64,000 bases of DNA, from assembly GCA_963709405.1 (NCBI GenBank), contig CAVPXM010000054.1:32881-96880 (forward strand), read 5' to 3'. The stretch is from an uncultured Nitrososphaerales archaeon. GTDB taxonomy: Archaea; Thermoproteota; Nitrososphaeria; Nitrososphaerales; Nitrososphaeraceae. The position numbers and the translations under genes are program-made. Below the pieces are notes generated by a model that had not been told where the DNA came from, ran no database searches, and saw only the letters and a program-made list of their open reading frames with translations. Shown here in pieces: positions 56,239-64,000 of this stretch (position 1 is its first letter; each line of letters opens with the position of its first letter).

Positions 56239-57302
56239 ATGCAAAATCCTGATGGTACATCACTAGGCTATTGGGCCAGCGCATGAACAATATTCTATGC
56301 ATGATTTGCTACGATTCGTAACTGAGGCTGAGAAATATGGCTTTAAAACAACCATGACAAGTGATCATTTTCATCCTTGGTGGCATGATGACGCTTATGG
56401 TAATTTTGTCTGGGTATGGATAGCTTCAGCTGCGGAAAGAACGAAAAACATGCAATTCATTACGGGCGTTACTGCTCCTATATATAGATATCATCCAGCC
56501 ATAATAGCTCAGGCTTTTGCCTCACTTGATATATTATATCCTAGTAGAATTGGTTTAGGATTGGGAACAGGAGAATCTATGAACGAGGTACCTCTGGGAT
56601 TTGAATGGCCAAGTCCGAAAGTGAGATTGCATAGAATGATTGAAAGCAGCACAGATTATAGATAAATTATGGTATTCCGCAACAGAAAAAGGTACTGAAT
56701 CAAGCAATAGTAAGGGTTTCGTACACTTTACCGGCCAGTATTTTTTGATACGAGATGCAAAACTGTACTCCCCACCCATCAGTCGTATACCGATGTTTAT
56801 GGCTGCAGCTGGACCTCAATCTGCTAAAGCAGCCGCCAAATATTCTGATGGTTTGATTACATTTTTGAAAGCAAAAGAATCTCGGAAAATAATTGATGTT
56901 TTTAATAAGACGATAAAAACTGACCCAAAAAAGAAGAATATGAGTTCCGTGGAGAAGATTGCCGAATACAAAGTATCTTATTCAGAAGATTATGAAAAAG
57001 CTCTTAATTCTTCAAAATTTTGGAGTGCTACATTATTGAAGAATGCATTTAATACAAATATAAGCGACCCTCGAAAATTAGAACAACAGGCAAAAGATCA
57101 AGTCTCTAACAAAATGTTAGAAGAATCTATAGAAATAACTACTTCGATTGAAGATTGTTTAAAATCACTAGAGGAATATTTCAAAGTTGGATTTACAAAA
57201 GTATATGTACATAGCACCAGTCCTGATGAGATTGAATTTATACGAGAATTTGGAAAAAAAGTGCTACCTTATTTCCAAGGACAGAAAAATAAAAATCGAT
57301 GA
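56239..57302 (+). pseudogene. LLM-class F420-dependent oxidoreductase, frameshifted
   Basis: AEKYGF..SDHFHPW, GVTAPIYRYHPAIIAQAFA, GLGTGESMNE, AAAGPQSA; shifts near 56278 and 56645. Confidence 0.88.
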
Positions 57303-57597
57303 GTGGGTACAATTCCTTGGCTAATCGTATTATTATCAATGGTAACAGCATAACAATATACAGCTCAAAACCAAACCCATCCTTTGTCACAGATACTACA
57401 TGATTCAGTACATTACTATCGGCATAGCGTGTAGTTAGGCATTTAACAGCATTTAGCATGTGGAACTATAGAACAGTAGAATCAATCACCCTCATGAAAT
57501 GATTTATTGAAGCAGAAAGAGGAATATCCTCTACCAAGAGAGGTAATGAGTTATGATATTAGGTTCAAATCACTCATCTCATCAAGAAAGTTTTTCA

Positions 57598-58001
57598 TCA
57601 TTTTTTTGCTGCATTTTCATCCATGTATATTATTTCCCAAAGATGTCCGTTAATGTCCTCAAAACTACGTCCATACATCCATCCGTGGTCTTGCGGTTCT
57701 CTAGATTCTATGCCTCCAGATTCTATAGCCTTCTTTATCATGTGGTCTACATTTTCTCTGCTTTCGACAGATAATGCCACGATCACTTCTGTATTTTTGT
57801 GGTATCACAAATTTCCTTTCTAGTAAAGGTTTTAAAAAATTTTTCAACCAAGAGCATGACGAATATATCTTTACCAATAATCATGCAGAATGCATTTTCA
57901 TCAGTAAATTGAGGGTTAAATTTAAAACCAAGTTTGGTAAAGAACTCTATTGTTTTATTGAGATCTTTTACTGGTAAATTTACAAAAATTTTTGTTGCCA
58001 A
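57598..58001 (-). pseudogene. VOC/glyoxalase protein, frameshifted
   Basis: IFVNLPVKDL..FFTKLGF.FNPQFTDE / SRENVD..DHGWMYGRSFEDINGHLWE. Confidence 0.85.
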
Positions 58002-60237
58002 TGTATCAGAATAAAGATTTAAGGCTATAAGCATTTAGAATTAGTCCTATATTGCATGAATAACGTCAATCTGATGAATAATTGTTCAACCATTACTTTA
58101 TTGTCCTAGATATGTTGTATAGCAATGCAATGCTTCCAGGAGCATTTCTCTGATCATGTTAAGTTATTTACTAGCAAAAATAGCCTCCAAAAATTCTTTG
58201 TATACCTTCATTGTTTATATTTGTAGTTGCAGCATTTTTTTATCACTTTACCTTCTCTGATGAGTCTTTGTAAATTGTAAATTGTTCTAAGCAAGAAATC
58301 CCGAAGCATGATTGATCAGGCAAATATTAATTTCTAGTAAGCTCACTTTGTCTAATCATATCAAGTGCAATTATTTGCTTGACGAAAACATAACCTAGAA
58401 TTGAGTTCACAAATCTGATTCTTGACCTGATTGGACCCTTCAATAAGATGTTCTCTTGGTATTGTCACTAAAGTCGTTGAATACTCTCGTGTATGGCAAA
58501 TTCTAGCTTTAGCGATTATAACCTGAAAATTGGAATTGTTGGGGCTTTGGCACTACCTTACTGCATTAAAGGTATACAGACTCAATATTATTTGGACCAG
58601 CAACTATTTGAGACTAAGATGCGACTGACCTCATACACTGGGGAACGACATGACAAGTACTAAAGCAGAGCCTGTCAGATCAATATCTACTGTCTCTAGC
58701 ATTATTAAACAAACACTGGCGCAATTAGATAGTGATGAATTTACGAGTTCTTATGATCATGTACAACAGAACGCTTTTGGATTAGGCTCTGAATATTTGT
58801 ATTATTAGATAGTGTTAAGAAACCTCTATTCTATAATTAAATTTTTGAACGGAAAAATGATTTTGGTATGTGAATGATAGTATCATTAAAGATACAGTTA
58901 TACTATCACGTCGAAACATCGCTTAGGTAGAAGAATTGGAAGATCTAAATTAATATTAAGGCAACCTTACAGTGTAAAAGACAATGCGATAGCACGATTA
59001 TCTAAATAGCTTGTTACACTAACAGTCAGATCGCAGGGCTTGAGAGATGACAAGGCTAGTGTCTTAGGTCAAAATTTGAATATTTTAATTTTAAACTCTA
59101 AACTAGAGTGAATAATAAAGTGTCTACAAGGGACTAATCTTGTGGAGCTCATAATATATCTAAAAAATAGCAGTGGGAAAATTACCAATATGATCGAGAC
59201 AACCACCCGCCCGTTTTTAATAACTCCTAGCGGACACGGAATATACAACATAACTGTTAGTCAATCGCGATTAACATCTGAATGGGCAAGCTCTGGAGCG
59301 TTTGCATTTTCCAGATGAATTGTAAAGTATCTCTTCTGCAAAATAGTTGTATGATTCGAACGTATCTAGGCTACGCCTGGTGTCCTAAAGATGGGCGGCC
59401 GCGCTTACAATCCGATATTCAAGGTTGAATTTTGCTGGGAATAGTTACCAAATTCGTATATTGATCCTTGAACCTTTTTCTTCACTTGAAAAAAAGCTAG
59501 TTGGATTCCGAAGTTCAACTTCGCGCCAGAGTTGAGCGCGACTACTTATAGTATCCAAGAGTTGGAACAGTAAGAGATCTACAAGTTTACAAGTTGGTTT
59601 GAGAAGTGGGGGTGATCCTGCTTAAGCGGCCTTCTGACGAGCTAAAATTCATCAAATCCCTGAAGATTTCTTATCTATAGGAACAACACATTGTTTGGCG
59701 CGCCCCCATGATAGACATGTACATGAACCTTTATCATCACTGTCTAAGAATACCGAGTCGTCATCCTATACATCCGATGTCTTATTTTCGAAAATATTTA
59801 TAATCTGATATGCTGCATATCGTAATAGAAGATACTTTTTCAGATAGAATTATGCGGGATTTGTCAGAAATCCGATATAGTTCTCTGTCTAAATTACTCG
59901 ACGTATTGTAAGCTTCGTAATCCTTTTAATTGTCAATGCTATCTTTTAATAATCAATGTCATCGACAAAAATACTGGCAAACTCCGCTACGTATAGCGAA
60001 TATAGATATTTTATTTTCTCTTTCACTCTCTATATTTGTAGCAGTGTTCTATGCTTTTTTCAATAGATGGAATTCATGATCTGTTAAATAGTTATGTGGA
60101 CACAAGAAACAAATAATACGATAAATTGATCTAAGATGGATGCTTAAAACTCACCGTAGGATCGACAATGGCCAAATTACTGTCAGTGTTATCTTTATCG
60201 AAGACAATAAAAGTCTCAGATAGCAATTGAATGTCTT

Positions 60238-60979
60238 ATGTCAAGACTAGATACTAAGGTTGCAATCGTGACAGGTGCTCGCTTCTGGCATTGGTTTGGG
60301 GATTGCTCAGCTTTTTATCAAAGAGGGTGCCAAGGTCATTTTTAGTGATATCAATAAATCCGGCAAAGCCGCAGCTGATGCTACTGGTAAGAAAGCTCTG
60401 TTCGTTGAGTGTGATATTTCCAACACAGAGTCAGTCAAGAATTTGGTTGCGAAAACACTTGAAGCTTTTGGCACAATTGATATTTTGGTCAATAATGCAG
60501 GCATACTATGCCAAAAACCAATTTCTGGAACAAGCGACGAAGAATGGAATTCAGTGATTAATACCAATCTCAAAGGACCCTTCCTACTAACACGTGAGGT
60601 CTTGCCGATTTTTGAGAAACATGATAAAGGCAAAATTGTAAACATAGCGTCCATCGCTGGTATTATTGGCTATGAGAACCTCTCTGCCTATTGCTCATCA
60701 AAGGGCGGAATTATTGCGATGACTAGATCTTTGGCCTTAGAATTTGCGCCAAAGAAAATAAACGTGAATTGCATATGTCCAGGTGCTATCAAGACGGGTA
60801 TGACCAGGGTGATTGAAGAGAATGAGACGATATTAAACCAAACCCTGATGTCTATTCCTGTTGGTCGGATGGGTGATCCAATCGATATCGCCAATGCTGC
60901 GCTCTATCTGGCTAGCGATGAGTCGGATTATGTAACCGGCGCTTCAATAGTTGTGGATGGCGGGTGGAGTGTGCGTTAA
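60238..60979 (+). pseudogene. SDR oxidoreductase (FabG-like) with frameshift in the glycine motif
   Basis: MSRLDTKVAIVTGA / ASGIGLG; NNAG, YCSSKGG, PVGRMG, YVTG..VDGG. Confidence 0.85.
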
Positions 60980-61047
60980 AGAGCTCCTACAAAGCTCTAA
61001 CGGTTATGCAAAAGATGGTTTCTAGAGTCTCTTAATTCTTAGTTCTT

Positions 61048-61600
61048 TCAGTAGAAGTAATTGCTGTTTTTATCATATGCCAAGTCAGACACGGATACTA
61101 CTTTAAAGCCATTGTCGAATAAATATCTCATCTCTTTACTGAACAAATCTATGTTTGTACTTGGATGCGTTTTCTCGTTATTTATTTTATGGTAAGATAA
61201 TATGACTAATGCATTTATTGTCGTTGCGTCTTTATTATAAGGAATCTCGCTATTGATCTCTTTTATAAATTTACGAAATATTTTAGAATCATTATGTAAA
61301 TAATCTGTATCCTGAGTAGTATGACTCTCTCTGATTACATATCTATTGGTATATGTCAATTCTCCTTTATCATCAAACATTCTGCAATTAGTTTGGCTTG
61401 AATATTTCTTGTATCCATTTCAATGCAAAAACAACACATTAGCCGTTTATAGCAAAATCACAGTATTTGGCAGTTGAATCTATTACAGTTACATTATCAG
61501 ATCCCCTACCATGAGGAGTAGCAAAAACTGTAGCATTATTAATGCCACATATTCCAAGCGTTTAATGCTTGTCTAATGTGACTATACCGTCTTCTGGCAG
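61048..61600 (-). pseudogene. Polysaccharide deacetylase-like remnant
   Basis: VFATPHGRG, ILSYHKI, LFSKEMRYLFDNGFKVVSVSDL. Confidence 0.6.
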
Positions 61601-62192
61601 CAGATAATACAGTCGTTATAAAACTCAATCAATAGTTAAATAGTTGCATTCTGCTACGCTTAAAATAATGGTTCTCTTCTTCTACTTAATCCTTGGACCA
61701 GTCCAAATAACAAATCGTAGTACTACAGCACAAGCAACCACTCTCATTGCAATCAAATTTTACTTTACAATCACAATGAGTACACTCACAAACATGATCA
61801 GCCATAACTAATATTGTTGCGTCATTCTTTATATGAATACAGATCCCAATTTCAACCCATTAGCTTGTATCACATCTTAATAACTCTCGAGTTTCAGGAC
61901 AAAATCAATGTAAAATTATTTAAAGACTGCACAAAGGGCGGTTACTTAATGCGATGCACTGGAGGACGCCAATTGCATCTGCAAATTCAACGAGAAGAAA
62001 CTATCGTATCGCAATGCCTGAGAATATTGATTTTATTAAAGCAGACTTGCGAAAAGATCCCTTTGAGGACCTTGTGAAAGCAGAATTCGATCATCATAAT
62101 GAATCAGAAAATTGATTGCTAAAGAAAGTTAGTTAGTAGACAATGCTCCTGAAAATAATAATCTGAATGGTGTACTGGCAGATTGTAGGTAT

Positions 62193-62256
62193 TTGATGAT
62201 TCAACAGAAGTAGATTTACTGGGAATGAATCTGTATTACTTCAGTGCTAATCCTTT
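62193..62256 (+). repeat. ~65-bp dispersed direct repeat, copy 1
   Basis: TTGATGATTCAACAGAA..GATTTACTGGGAATGAAT..TATTACTT..TGCTAATCCTT shared with 63926-63991. Confidence 0.85.
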
Positions 62257-62368
62257 TACATTACGATAGGTGAATTACGACATTACATGGTTTTATATGG
62301 AATTTAGACCCATTAAATACCAACGTATATATGGGGTGGACGCTAATAATATTATAGATGAGATAAAA

Positions 62369-62849
62369 ATGGTAGATAATATTAAATCTAAAGACGACAT
62401 AACCACTTCAACTAGGTCAGCTGAAGCAGCTAACTTTTATGACACAGTAAGACAAAACTGCATTAGAATAGTAGACGAGTTTACAAAAGCTCAACCACAA
62501 TATGCGCAATCGGTCTCTAATCTACAGCTTGATTGTATTGCCGCAGCAAAGGATACTATCCGGAATATGGTTTCAGCTCAAAGTGTTAGCAAGTAACGGG
62601 AACGTTCCAGTAGTAACACCACCATACACTGATGAATTTGTAAAGCAATCAAACGAGATCACCGAGAACATAGTCAAAGCAGTTAGGATCAACAACCAGT
62701 TGACAGTCAACGCGATAAATGCAGCAGCAGAAAACTTCAGAACCCTTAATCGAACAATTGAGTCTGTGACAGAATTTAATACGAGCGCCGCAAAGGCTTG
62801 GAATTCATTCCTCACAGTTCAACAACAACAGTTCCTCCACAAACAATAA
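62369..62849 (+). pseudogene. Phasin-like helical protein, frameshifted near 62580
   Basis: IVDEFTKAQPQYAQSVSNLQ / NNQLTVNAINAAAENFRTLN..FNTSAAKAWNSF; T-tract follows. Confidence 0.55.
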
Positions 62850-63107
62850 TTTTTTTGTGTCCATTTTCTTTGTTTAGATGTTTAAATAATAATATACAAT
62901 TTTTGATTTAACCTAAAATGCAGTCATTGAGAGAGTATGATGGTTTATGCATGCATGCATGCGCCAGTGTGATTCTTGTGTCTGCAGGGCTAAAATAACA
63001 AGATATTAAAACTACTAAACTTACAGTCGTTGGAACTCAGATAGAGGCTAGAAATTAGAACCATTCTAGAAAAATCTTTAAAAGTATGATATTTTGAAGA
63101 TCTACTA

Positions 63108-63386
63108 ATGATTAATGATGAGATGCGTGAAATACAAGTGGAGCAGGATGAATTAACCCGAAAACTTAATGAAAAAATTTCTGCTGACTTGAGCAAATTT
63201 CAAAAGACAATGGATGATATATTTAAGCAAAAACAAATACGTCAACGCGAATATTTTATTCAGAAAATCAAAGAAGAACAGGAACAGGCAGACTCAAATA
63301 TAAAATCAGGCGACCTAATGAGTGCGATGGCACATAAATTAACAGCCGACTGGTATTCATCTATGCTAGTTATTACGGCGCATTAG
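63108..63386 (+). CDS. Hypothetical coiled-coil protein
   Basis: 92-aa charged helical ORF followed by a T-tract. Confidence 0.55.
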   Translation: MINDEMREIQVEQDELTRKLNEKISADLSKFQKTMDDIFKQKQIRQREYFIQKIKEEQEQADSNIKSGDLMSAMAHKLTADWYSSMLVITAH

Positions 63387-63925
63387 GTTACTTATTTTTT
63401 AGATTTTTGCTTTTGAATTATAGAATAAATTAGCAGGCTGATTTGTTTATTGGTAGAGCCTTCAATCCTCCAATATTTTTCAATGTATTTTCTCATCGAG
63501 TGATCAGAATAATATTGCTTTGTCTGCCTTTGTAATTTACATAATTGTAATCACAGGGTCGTCATGGTACATTGGTTCTAATTGGAATCTTGTATTTTAC
63601 ACCCGAGATACCCCGGAAGAGTTTTGTATTCTATTATAATTTTTCCTTATAGTATACCTCTTGTATGCATTCATAAATTCTTCTCTAGAGTTTAAAATAA
63701 CCCGGGTATCCTGAGTGTAACAATAATCCAATTCTCTGTTCTCATGTATATGGTACTACTCATGATTAATCCTGTCAGTCTATTTCCAAATTAGCCTTTC
63801 CCTACGCCCGAGCTCAATGAAGTTGTCACTCATACCAGAATAATTACTATTGGCAAGCTAGATGCAGATCTGGTTGAGACCAGCTTAAAGATAGCGGATC
63901 GCACAACAAAGCAGTTTTTTAGGCA

Positions 63926-63991
63926 TTGATGATTCAACAGAACTCGATTTACTGGGAATGAATATCATATATTACTTGTATGCTAATCCTT
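63926..63991 (+). repeat. ~65-bp dispersed direct repeat, copy 2
   Basis: Matches 62193-62256. Confidence 0.85.
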
Positions 63992-64000
63992 CTCCATCTG

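Noticed and set aside
63915-63995. Possible fluoride (crcB) riboswitch
   Set aside because: Lacks the GATGG..pseudoknot and CTAATGAC consensus; no crcB gene visible

Overview
AT-rich archaeal DNA whose gene content (two TFB paralogs, AbrB-PhoU, MEDS, F420-type enzymes, class III PhaC and phasin remnants) points to a soil ammonia-oxidising archaeon (Nitrososphaeraceae); this assignment is inference. The left ~35 kb is a phosphate-centred region: AbrB-PhoU regulator, tRNA-Gly(CCC), TFB, intact pstSCAB-phoU, SixA, CHAD, a truncated phosphoesterase and ppa. It is interrupted by many IS elements: two IS481, two IS110/IS1111 and a triple-nested IS630. The right ~29 kb is a decayed accessory region of pseudogenes, small ORFs and IS5/DDE elements. 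Two signals stand out. (1) Both IS110-family elements carry readable two-loop bridge/seek RNAs whose guide segments match their own target and donor junctions; one targets the end of an IS481, the other a dispersed non-coding repeat with an empty copy in the window. (2) Tandem CTATATAG-like octamer arrays (9-11 bp period) lie upstream of five phosphate-region genes, four of them paired with an atypical ATAAC box, a candidate archaeal Pho-box system. All calls are by eye; no searches were run.
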